Shown: positions 56,069 to 64,000 of the stretch, in pieces
Position numbering within the stretch: the first letter of the stretch is position 1
Layout: each line of letters begins with the position of its first letter
Source: Methanobacteriota archaeon
GTDB lineage: Archaea > Thermoplasmatota > Thermoplasmata > SG8-5 > DAIRED01
Reading direction: 5' to 3'
Length of the DNA: 64,000 nucleotides
Assembly (NCBI GenBank): GCA_043799545.1
Contig: JAZDNO010000029.1
Location: 20,668-84,667, forward strand
Notes under the pieces: generated by a model
Databases searched by the model: none
What the model was told of the DNA's origin: nothing
The model's input: only the letters and a program-made list of their open reading frames with translations
Translations under genes and position numbers: made by a program

Positions 56069-57368
56069 TCACCTCCGCGATTTTGGATGTGCTTCCATTG
56101 GAATCGACGACTATGTCCGCGCTCTCCAGGTAAATCGGAGTCCTCCCGGGCAGAAGTCCGAGGAATCCGGCGGGGCCATCCTGTTTTCTTCGTCCGGATA
56201 AGAGCGGCCTGTCATCCTTTCCGGTAAGGCGTTTCCCCAGGGTTTCGCCGTCGGCCCAGAGAAAGACGACCGTGCCGTGGTCTTTGAGCGCCCGCACATT
56301 TTCCGCATCCAGGATGCTGCCTCCGCCCGTCGCAACGACCGAAGGCTTGCTTCCCGCAAGGATGGAGATTCGTTTCCTCTCAAGCTTTCTGAAACCGGCT
56401 TCGCCGCGCTTTCTGAATATCTCGTTTATCGTCATGCCCGCTTCGCGCGCTATGTCCGCGTCCGTGTCTATGGATGGCAACCTCAGCCTTTTCGCAAGTT
56501 CTTTCCCGACCGCGGATTTGCCAGCGCCCATGAATCCGATGAGAGAGATGCCATTTCCCCTGTTCCCGGTTTCGCGGGAGTAAATCGCATCGCGCATCGT
56601 GTCCAGAGGCGCGTCCCGGCCCGTGAACAGCTCGAACGCTTTCGCGCCCTGGTGGAGCAGCCATTCGCGCCCGTCGACCACGTTGCACCCGGCTTTCCGC
56701 GCGTCGCGGACGAGCGCGCTCTCGCGCCGATAATCGGCGTCCATAACCGTCATGCCTTTACTCAAAGCGCCAATGGGGACGCGGACATCCGCCCCGCCCG
56801 AGCAGGAAACAATCGCCGAGCACGAGGGAACCGTCTTCTCGATTGCGCTCTTCGCCGGCGAGACGCTGCATCCGAATTCGCGCGCGATTGCCGCAGCTTT
56901 TGCGGCCGTCCTGTTGGCGACTGTGACTTTGGCCCCGGCTCCCATGAGCCCGAAGACTGCCGCGCGCGCCGCGCCGCCCGCGCCCATCACCAGGATATTG
57001 GCCCCCCCGACGCAGACGGAGTTCGCCCGCAAGGCTTCAACGGCACCATGCGCGTCGGTATTGTGGCCAGTTAGGGTGCCGTTTTTTACGCAAACTGTGT
57101 TGACAGCGCCGATTTTTCCAGCCTCCGAATCGACTTTGTCTACGAGCCGCAGCATCTCGACCTTGTACGGCGACGTGACATTGAATCCCCGCGCATCCAT
57201 GCGCTTCAGAGTCCTCACCGCGGCTTTCGAGATCTCGGAAGCGAGGCGTATGTAAGCCGCTCTGATACCGAGCCTGTCAAATGCAGCGTTGTGCATCTGT
57301 GGGCTGAGGCTGTGAAGGACTGGTCTTCCGGCGACAGCGAAAATGTCGGGCTGCCCGCGCGCGCTCAT
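56040..57368 (-). CDS. aroE: Fused shikimate dehydrogenase and P-loop (AroK-type) shikimate kinase
   Basis: HSLSP.MHN, NVTSPYK, GAVNT, NTD, GAGGAARA, WLLHQG..F.LFTG; then LIGFMGAGKS.VG..LA, D.DI, GE..FR..E, TGGG, RPLL. Confidence 0.92.
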   Translation of the reverse strand: MSARGQPDIFAVAGRPVLHSLSPQMHNAAFDRLGIRAAYIRLASEISKAAVRTLKRMDARGFNVTSPYKVEMLRLVDKVDSEAGKIGAVNTVCVKNGTLTGHNTDAHGAVEALRANSVCVGGANILVMGAGGAARAAVFGLMGAGAKVTVANRTAAKAAAIAREFGCSVSPAKSAIEKTVPSCSAIVSCSGGADVRVPIGALSKGMTVMDADYRRESALVRDARKAGCNVVDGREWLLHQGAKAFELFTGRDAPLDTMRDAIYSRETGNRGNGISLIGFMGAGKSAVGKELAKRLRLPSIDTDADIAREAGMTINEIFRKRGEAGFRKLERKRISILAGSKPSVVATGGGSILDAENVRALKDHGTVVFLWADGETLGKRLTGKDDRPLLSGRRKQDGPAGFLGLLPGRTPIYLESADIVVDSNGSTSKIAEVIAFETREAM

Positions 57369-58009
57369 TTCCCCTTCTCCCCCATGGCCGCGTATACGCG
57401 CCGCATGTCTGCGCCATTCATCTGCCCGTCAGCGGTCTCCTTTCCATCATCCAGGGAAGCGTAGGTGAACGGGCTGCCGAGCAGCGGGGCTGCGATGCGG
57501 ACCATCCGCCCCAGCGGCCCGATGCCGACGACGATGAGCTTCGCGGTCGAATCCAGCAACCCGAGGAGCCTGGCTCCGTCGCGCTCGCCGTTCACCTTGC
57601 AGGCTATCTTGACGAGGTCCGGTTCCATGTCATGGCAGCGGCGCATGATTGAGGACAGCTCCTCTTCCCCAGGAGTCCTGTTGAAATCATGGAACGAGAC
57701 TATCACCTCGCATCCCGATTTTCTCGCAGCCGAGAAGATGTCTGCCTTGTAAGCCCTGTCGGCATCGACCTCGACGTCGACGTAGGCCGCGCCGGCCTCT
57801 ATCGCCTCCAGCAACAGGGATTTTCTGGTCGAGTCCGTTTGTTTTCCGGGCCTGCAGGTCGCAATTAGGTTCAGCGGCTTCGAGAACACCTCGCCTACCT
57901 GGCCGGGCTCGATTTGCATCGCGTCGAGCCTGATTTCTGCGAAATCGAGTCCCTCCAGCGCCTTCAAGCACTCTTCGACTGTCGGCGTGGCGATGCTAAT
58001 GCAAATCAT
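57365..58009 (-). CDS. aroD: Type I 3-dehydroquinate dehydratase
   Basis: EIRLD, IATCR, YVDVE, IVSFHDF..TP, VKIA, TA.GQ. Confidence 0.92.
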   Translation of the reverse strand: MICISIATPTVEECLKALEGLDFAEIRLDAMQIEPGQVGEVFSKPLNLIATCRPGKQTDSTRKSLLLEAIEAGAAYVDVEVDADRAYKADIFSAARKSGCEVIVSFHDFNRTPGEEELSSIMRRCHDMEPDLVKIACKVNGERDGARLLGLLDSTAKLIVVGIGPLGRMVRIAAPLLGSPFTYASLDDGKETADGQMNGADMRRVYAAMGEKGK

Positions 58010-58045
58010 CGAGGGCCTCCTTTCCCGCCCATCGAACGGAACCCA

Positions 58046-59065
58046 TCACATCGCATCGCCGAGTGCCTCCCTCAGGTCTTCCAGGTTCGCGCGGACGATT
58101 GTGCATTTGCCCAATCCCGAAAGCACTGGCATCATGATTCCGACGCCCCTGCGCTTCTTGTCCATGGAGATGGCGTCGCAAATCGCGTCTTTATCGGCGC
58201 GGGGCATGCTCGTGGGCAGCCCCAACGAGCCAAGGACGCAATCCAGCTTCTCCATGTCCGACCTCGCCGCATTGCCCATAGATACCGCCATCCGGGCTTC
58301 GACCGCCATTCCGATTGCGACAGCATTTCCGTGTGGCAAACGACAGACCTTCTCGAGGGCGTGGCCGACGGTGTGCCCGAAGTTGAGCTTCGTGCGCTCC
58401 CCCGACTCGTTCTCGTCCCTCTGGACGATGGCGCATTTGACAGCTATCGAATCCGCGACGATTCTCCGGAGCGCGGAAGGCTCCCTAGCGAGTATCTTCT
58501 GCGAACTTGATTCTGCGAACCTCAGCAACGGAAGCGACGCTATCGCCCCGTGTTTTACCACCTCGGCCAGTCCGTTCCCCATCTCCGCGCCGCTCAGGGT
58601 TTTCAGGAAGGCAACGTCGCAAACGACCATCGTCGGCTGCCTGATAATTCCTATCTGATTCTTGTATCCCCTGAGGTTGACGCCGCTTTTCCCGCCTATC
58701 GCGGCGTCGGCCTGCGCAAGGAGAGTCGTCGGAGCAAGGCACAGGTCGAGTCCCCTGTGATACGTCGCGGCTGCATAACCTGCAATGTCGCAGACGAGAC
58801 CGCCTCCCATCCCGACTACCATCGCCGAGCGGTCGATTTCCAGCTCGGAAAATCTCTCGTAAACCTTCTCGACCGTGGCGAGCGTTTTCGAGCGCTCGCC
58901 CCGACCGATTACTATGACTTCGCCTTCGGGTATCTTGGCGGAGTGAAGCTTCTCGACCCGAGCGTCCGTGATTGTCACCAATCTGCGGCCCCTCGCGAGC
59001 CTTCCTATCCGACCGATCGGCGCCAGTGCAATCGCGCAATCGCCCCCGGCCCCCTTTTGAATCAT
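58046..59065 (-). CDS. aroB: 3-dehydroquinate synthase
   Basis: [75 protein letters not shown]. Confidence 0.94.
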   Translation of the reverse strand: MIQKGAGGDCAIALAPIGRIGRLARGRRLVTITDARVEKLHSAKIPEGEVIVIGRGERSKTLATVEKVYERFSELEIDRSAMVVGMGGGLVCDIAGYAAATYHRGLDLCLAPTTLLAQADAAIGGKSGVNLRGYKNQIGIIRQPTMVVCDVAFLKTLSGAEMGNGLAEVVKHGAIASLPLLRFAESSSQKILAREPSALRRIVADSIAVKCAIVQRDENESGERTKLNFGHTVGHALEKVCRLPHGNAVAIGMAVEARMAVSMGNAARSDMEKLDCVLGSLGLPTSMPRADKDAICDAISMDKKRRGVGIMMPVLSGLGKCTIVRANLEDLREALGDAM

Positions 59066-59883
59066 CGCCTCATGCTCCCCTTGTCCATGAAGGACCTGAG
59101 CTCCCTGACCTTCTTCACGATGCCCGAGAACTGCTCCGGTCCGAGGGCCTGTTCCCTGTCGCTGACCGATTGCTCCGGGTGCGCGTGAACCTCGAGAATG
59201 ACCCCGTCCGCCCCGGCGACCACGGAGGCGAGGGACATGGACTCTATCAGGCTAGCTTTGCCGGTCCCGTGGCTCGGGTCTGTTATTATCGGCAGGTGGC
59301 TCAGTTCTCTCACTGCCGGCACAGCGCTCAAATCCAGGGTGTTCCTCGTGTAAGTCTCGTGAGTTTTTATCCCCCGCTCGCAGAGTATCACGCCGCTGTT
59401 GCCCCCGTTCAATATATATTCGGCGCTGTTGAGCCATTCATCGATCGTGGAGTACATGCCGCGCTTGAGGAGGACTGGCTTGTCCGCCTTCCCCACCTCC
59501 TTCAGGAGGGCGATGTTCTGCATGCTGCGCGTCCCTATCTGAAGCATGTCCGCGTACTCGCAAACCAGCGCGACGTCCCGCGGGTCAACCACCTCGGTCA
59601 CGACGGGTAGGCCCGTCTCCTCCCTGGCTTTCCAGAGGATTTTGAGACCGTCGAGGCCCAGCCCCTGGAACTCGTAGGGGGACGAGCGGGGCTTGAAGGC
59701 CCCGCCCCTAAGCATGTTGGCTCCGGCCGACTTGACCGCTCGCGCGGTCTCGAGCATCTGCTCCTCGCTCTCGACGGAGCAGGGGCCGGCAACTACGACG
59801 AAACCTTCGCCCACAGTGACGGGCCCCACCTTGACCCTGCTTCTGGAGCCACCTTTAGCGGACGCGAGCTTCAGACCTTTCAT
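59062..59883 (-). CDS. aroF: DAHP synthase (type I-beta, no regulatory domain)
   Basis: [55 protein letters not shown] 59883 after GGAGTG. Confidence 0.94.
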   Translation of the reverse strand: MKGLKLASAKGGSRSRVKVGPVTVGEGFVVVAGPCSVESEEQMLETARAVKSAGANMLRGGAFKPRSSPYEFQGLGLDGLKILWKAREETGLPVVTEVVDPRDVALVCEYADMLQIGTRSMQNIALLKEVGKADKPVLLKRGMYSTIDEWLNSAEYILNGGNSGVILCERGIKTHETYTRNTLDLSAVPAVRELSHLPIITDPSHGTGKASLIESMSLASVVAGADGVILEVHAHPEQSVSDREQALGPEQFSGIVKKVRELRSFMDKGSMRR

Positions 59884-60041
59884 ACATGACACTCCGTCAC
59901 CTACTCGACCAGCCGCTTAAGGTGTATATATATTTTTCCGACATCCACTCGTCGAAAACGACGGGAAATGCCGATTTTTAACAAACTATAAATAGCGACC
60001 TGCCATTCACAAATCGGTCTCATCCAGACGAGGGGAGCGAA

Positions 60042-61220
60042 ATGACGGAAATTGTTATCGTGAGCGCGGCAAGGACCGCTATGGGAAAGTTCGGCGGGGC
60101 GTTGAAGGACATCCGAGCGCCAGAATTGGGCTCGGTAGCCATACGCGGCGCGGTCGCCAAGGCAGGCTTGCAGCCTGGCGACATCGAAGAGGTAATCATG
60201 GGGAATGTTGTAGGCGCTGGCATGGGCCAGAACCCCGCGAGGCAGGCCATGATACATGCAGGTCTGCCCAACACCATCGGGGCTTACACGGTCAACAAGG
60301 TCTGCGGCTCGGGGATGAAGGCGATTGTGAACGCAGCCCAGGCTATAAAATCCGGCGACGCGGAGATTATCGTTGCCGGAGGCATGGAGAACATGGACCT
60401 CGCGCCGTTCCTGCTGGACAAGGCGCGGTACGGTTACAGGCTCGGCAACTCGGCGCTCGTGGACGCGATGGTCAACGACGGGCTCTGGGACATCTACAAC
60501 AACTTCCACATGGGCATGACCGGCGAGATTGTGGCGGAGAAGTTCAACGTGTCCCGCGAGGACACGGACCGCATGGCTCTGGCTAGCAACCAGAAGGCCT
60601 GCAAGGCAATCAAGGAAGGCCGGTTCAAGAGCGAAATCGTTCCAGTGGAGATTCCGCAGAGAAAGGGCGCTCCGCTCAGGTTCGAGGTCGACGAGGGGCC
60701 GCGCGAGGACACGACGATGGAATCCCTCGGCAAGCTCAAGCCAGTCTTCAAGAAGGATGGCCTCGTCACGGCCGGGAACGCCTCGCAGATAAGCGATGGC
60801 GCGTCCGCGCTGGTGATCATGAGCGCTGACGAAGCGGCGAAGCGAGGAATCAAGCCGATGGCCAAAATCCGGGCGTACGGCACAGCCGGGCTCGCGCCGG
60901 AGCTGGTCATGGAGGCGCCCATCCCCACGACGAGGATGGTTCTGGAGAAGGCGGGCCTCAAAGTCGGCGACATAGACCTCTTCGAGCACAACGAGGCTTT
61001 CGCGAGCGCGTCCTGCGCTGTCGTGAAGGAGCTTGGAATCCCAATGGAGAAGTTCAACGTGAACGGCGGCGCCGTAGCCCTGGGACACCCGATAGGCTCC
61101 TCGGGTTCTAGGATAGTCGGAACGCTGGTCCACGCTATGAACGACCGGCAGGCGAAGCGCGGCCTGGCTACGATTTGCCTCGGCGGCGGCAACGCCGTCA
61201 CGATGATTCTGGAGAGGTGA
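60042..61220 (+). CDS. thlA: Acetyl-CoA C-acetyltransferase (thiolase)
   Basis: [52 protein letters not shown]. Confidence 0.95.
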   Translation: MTEIVIVSAARTAMGKFGGALKDIRAPELGSVAIRGAVAKAGLQPGDIEEVIMGNVVGAGMGQNPARQAMIHAGLPNTIGAYTVNKVCGSGMKAIVNAAQAIKSGDAEIIVAGGMENMDLAPFLLDKARYGYRLGNSALVDAMVNDGLWDIYNNFHMGMTGEIVAEKFNVSREDTDRMALASNQKACKAIKEGRFKSEIVPVEIPQRKGAPLRFEVDEGPREDTTMESLGKLKPVFKKDGLVTAGNASQISDGASALVIMSADEAAKRGIKPMAKIRAYGTAGLAPELVMEAPIPTTRMVLEKAGLKVGDIDLFEHNEAFASASCAVVKELGIPMEKFNVNGGAVALGHPIGSSGSRIVGTLVHAMNDRQAKRGLATICLGGGNAVTMILER

Positions 61221-61225
61221 TTGCA

Positions 61226-62083
61226 ATGGAAATCAAGACAATAGGAGTAATAGGGGCTGGCCAGATGGGCGCTGGAATCGCCCAGGTCGCGGCCGTGAGC
61301 GGGTACAGCGTGATACTCAACGACATCAAGAAGGAGTTCGTCGACCGCGGGATTGGCGGCATTCAAAAAAGCCTCGGCAAATTCGTGGAGAAGGGCAAGA
61401 TGGACTCCGCCGCGAAGGATGCCGCGCTGTCGAGGATTAAGACGACGCTCGACCTTGGCGAGATGAAGAACGCCGACCTGGTTGTCGAGGCGGTCATCGA
61501 GGATTTGGAGCTGAAGAGGAAGATATTCAAGCAGCTGGATGAAATCTGCCCCGCGCACGCCATCCTGTCGAGCAACACCTCGTCGATATCCATCACGAAG
61601 CTTGCGTCAGCGACGAAGCGCCCGCAGAAGTTCATAGGAATGCACTTCATGAACCCGGTCCCCATGATGAAGCTGGTGGAGGTCATCCGGGGGCAGCTCA
61701 CGGACGACGAGACGACGAAGGCGATCATCGAGGCGTCCAAGAAGCTGGACAAGACCCCTGTCGAATGCAACGATTACCCTGGGTTCATATCCAACAGGCT
61801 GCTGATGCCCATGCTGAACGAGGCCGTCTACTGCGTCATGGAGGGCGTGGGGACGCCGGAGAACATCGACCAGATTATGAAGCTCGGGATGAACCACCCG
61901 ATGGGGCCGCTCGCTCTGGCCGACCTGATAGGGTTGGACACATGCCTGCACATCATGGAAGTCCTGCACGGCGGGCTCGGGGATTCAAAGTACAGGCCGT
62001 GCCCCCTGCTCGTGAAGATGGTCGACGCCGGCCTGCTGGGAAAGAAATCAGGAAAGGGGTTCTACGATTACGGGGTGAACTGA
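61226..62083 (+). CDS. hbd: 3-hydroxybutyryl-CoA dehydrogenase
   Basis: [65 protein letters not shown]. Confidence 0.95.
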   Translation: MEIKTIGVIGAGQMGAGIAQVAAVSGYSVILNDIKKEFVDRGIGGIQKSLGKFVEKGKMDSAAKDAALSRIKTTLDLGEMKNADLVVEAVIEDLELKRKIFKQLDEICPAHAILSSNTSSISITKLASATKRPQKFIGMHFMNPVPMMKLVEVIRGQLTDDETTKAIIEASKKLDKTPVECNDYPGFISNRLLMPMLNEAVYCVMEGVGTPENIDQIMKLGMNHPMGPLALADLIGLDTCLHIMEVLHGGLGDSKYRPCPLLVKMVDAGLLGKKSGKGFYDYGVN

Positions 62084-62086
62084 GCC

Positions 62087-62863
62087 ATGGAAAATAAATT
62101 CATCAAAGTCGAGCAGAAGGGCGCGGTATGCCTGGTGACGATGAACAGGCCGCCGATGAACGCGCTGAGCTCCGAGATGCTGGCGGAACTCAAGTCCGCG
62201 TTCCACGACATCAAGCGCTCCAAAGAGGCGAAGGTCGTGGTCCTGACGGGCGAGGGGAAGGCGTTCGTCGCGGGTGCCGACATCGCCGAGATGAAGGACA
62301 TGGACGCGCTGAGCGCGAGGGAATACGGCCTGCTCGGACAGAGCGTCTTCTTCCACGTAGAAAAGCTCCCCCAGCCAGTAATCGCAGCGGTGAATGGCTT
62401 CGCCCTGGGCGGCGGTTGCGAATTGGCGATGTCGTGCGACATGCGCATCGCGTCCGAAAAAGCCAAATTCGGCCAGCCCGAGGTCAGCCTGGGCGTGACC
62501 CCCGGCTTCGGCGGCACTCAGCGCCTGCCAAGGCTCGTGGGCCGTGGAAAGGCGAAGGAGCTTATCTTCACGGGCGACATGATAGACGCCGCGGAGGCTT
62601 ACCGAATCGGGCTCGTCAACAGGGTCGTGAAGCCGGAGGAGCTGATAGCGGAATCAATGAAGCTGGCGGAGCTCATCGCGTCAAAAGGCCAGGTGGCCGT
62701 AAGGCTCGCCAAGAAGGCAGTCAATTCGGGAATCGAGGTCGACCTGAAGAGCGGGTGCGACATCGAAGCGGAGATATTTGGCGTTTGCTTCTCAACCGCT
62801 GACCAGAAGGAGGGGATGGCGGCGTTCCTGGAGAAGCGGAAGGCGGAATTCAAGGAGCGGTGA
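62087..62863 (+). CDS. crt: Enoyl-CoA hydratase (crotonase)
   Basis: NRP..NALS, AFVAGADI, AAVNGFALGGGCELA, FGQPEV.LG..PGFGGTQRL. Confidence 0.95.
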   Translation: MENKFIKVEQKGAVCLVTMNRPPMNALSSEMLAELKSAFHDIKRSKEAKVVVLTGEGKAFVAGADIAEMKDMDALSAREYGLLGQSVFFHVEKLPQPVIAAVNGFALGGGCELAMSCDMRIASEKAKFGQPEVSLGVTPGFGGTQRLPRLVGRGKAKELIFTGDMIDAAEAYRIGLVNRVVKPEELIAESMKLAELIASKGQVAVRLAKKAVNSGIEVDLKSGCDIEAEIFGVCFSTADQKEGMAAFLEKRKAEFKER

Positions 62864-62866
62864 AAT

Positions 62867-63442
62867 ATGACCGTGAAGGCTTCGAGGGAGGACGTGCTCG
62901 AGGTTCTGAAGATGTACAAGGAGCGCGTCCACGTGGACTTCGACTCCGGCCAGCTCATGCTAGACAGCCTGCCGATAATCTGGGCGCGCGCGGAGCTCCG
63001 GTTCAACATGTACGCCGAGATGGAGAACCTGATTGGCGAGCCAGCGTCGGCGGTTATTCGCCGGATGGCGAAACCGTACGGCGCGAGCTTCTGCAAATTG
63101 CTGCACCAGGGATTCCTCAAGGCGGGGCGCACGCCTTCGCGGAACGAGCTTTTCAAGGACGTATGCGCGGAGAATCTGGCGATAGGCTGGGGCGGCATCG
63201 AGATAGACGAGAAGCCCGGCGAGATAACAGTCACCAGCAAGACGGGATTGCCTGTCGGTGTCGAGTTCGCGCTGCGGAAGGTCAAGTCAGAGCGGAGCGT
63301 GGACTCGTACTTCCTCGGGTACATGGAAGGCTTCCTGTCTGCGCTGGACAACTCTTCATACCACGGCGAGGAGACGTTTTGCAAGGCGAAAGGGGACGCA
63401 GAGTGCGTCATGGTCTTCAAGAAGGCGCCGGGGGCGCGCTGA
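62867..63442 (+). CDS. Stand-alone V4R-domain protein
   Basis: GWG..E, Y..G.MEG..S, EETFCKAKGDAECVMV (V4R Cys pattern). Confidence 0.75.
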   Translation: MTVKASREDVLEVLKMYKERVHVDFDSGQLMLDSLPIIWARAELRFNMYAEMENLIGEPASAVIRRMAKPYGASFCKLLHQGFLKAGRTPSRNELFKDVCAENLAIGWGGIEIDEKPGEITVTSKTGLPVGVEFALRKVKSERSVDSYFLGYMEGFLSALDNSSYHGEETFCKAKGDAECVMVFKKAPGAR

Positions 63443-64000
63443 TGCTCGCGCGCGGAAGGATCCAGGACATCGTGAAATCTTACAAGCCGGAGAAATGCTC
63501 CGTCGGGCTCGTGGCGTCCCATTCGGCGCTGGACGTCTGCGACGGCGCTGTCGAGGAGGGGTTCCGGACATTCGCCGTGTGCCAGAAGGGTCGCGAGCAG
63601 ACCTACACGAAATATTTCAAGGCCAGACGGGACGCTAAAGGCCGCGTCTTGCGGGGGATGGTCGACGATTTCGCAATAGTCGACAGGTTCTCGGAGATGA
63701 TGGCTCCGAAGTTCCAGGGGCGCATGAGGCGGGACAACGTCCTCTTCGTGCCGAACCGCTCGTTCACATCGTACGTGGACTTGAAGTCCATAGAGGACAA
63801 GTTCGAAGTGCCCATCGTCGGGAGCAGGAACATGCTCCGCACGGAGGAGCGCGGCGAGGCTAAGGATTACTACTGGCTGCTCGAACAAGCGGGTCTGCCG
63901 TTCCCGAAGAAGCTGAAAAAGCCTGAAGACATCGACAGGCTCGTCATTGTGAAGCTGCACCACAAGGTCAAGAAGCTGGAGAGAGGATTCTTTACCGCCG
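63442..64000 (+). CDS. purP: PurP-family formate-dependent ATP-grasp ligase (3' truncated by window edge; not in ORF track)
   Basis: Manual translation MLARGRIQDIVKSY..VASHSALDVCDGAVEEGFRT..FVPNRSFTSYV..GSRNMLRTEER..LERGFF; ATG overlaps the upstream TGA. Confidence 0.9.
   Translation, partial: MLARGRIQDIVKSYKPEKCSVGLVASHSALDVCDGAVEEGFRTFAVCQKGREQTYTKYFKARRDAKGRVLRGMVDDFAIVDRFSEMMAPKFQGRMRRDNVLFVPNRSFTSYVDLKSIEDKFEVPIVGSRNMLRTEERGEAKDYYWLLEQAGLPFPKKLKKPEDIDRLVIVKLHHKVKKLERGFFTA

Noticed and set aside
59901-61226. 441-aa minus-strand ORF (also 60494-61558, 62599-63963 and similar)
   Set aside because: Antisense shadows of thiolase, crotonase and purP, caused by GC-rich codon bias.

Overview
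GC-rich archaeal chromosome segment; the gene set (Nop5, aRF1, Rqc2/aRqcH, AglB, XPD, PurP, ADP-forming acyl-CoA synthetase) suggests a Thermoplasmata-like euryarchaeon (inference). The core contains information-processing genes, tRNA-Thr(GGT), several large secreted/surface proteins, a complete DAHP-type shikimate operon and a thiolase-hbd-crotonase operon. The most striking feature is an AT-rich/mosaic island at about 10.1-24.5 kb, bounded by toxin-antitoxin genes or remnants. It carries a 3132-aa secreted repeat protein ending in a clan-CD (caspase/legumain-fold) cysteine peptidase. Downstream lie a coupled membrane-anchored partner gene, a 74-bp repeat, and an 'orphan' cassette. The orphan repeats the GC-rich pre-tip region of the giant gene but switches, at the same conserved motif, to a different tip: a CLCA-like HExxH metallopeptidase silenced by one in-frame TGA. 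It has its own coupled partner gene and a second copy of the 74-bp repeat exactly 2050 bp away. This looks like an archaeal polymorphic-effector (swappable protease tip plus partner cassette) system. Other observations: a STAND NTPase with a Roadblock/longin-like insertion, an XPD helicase with a TFS-like Zn ribbon, and a 16-bp inverted copy of the tRNA T-arm. All homology calls are by motif recognition; no searches were run and GC statements are by eye.
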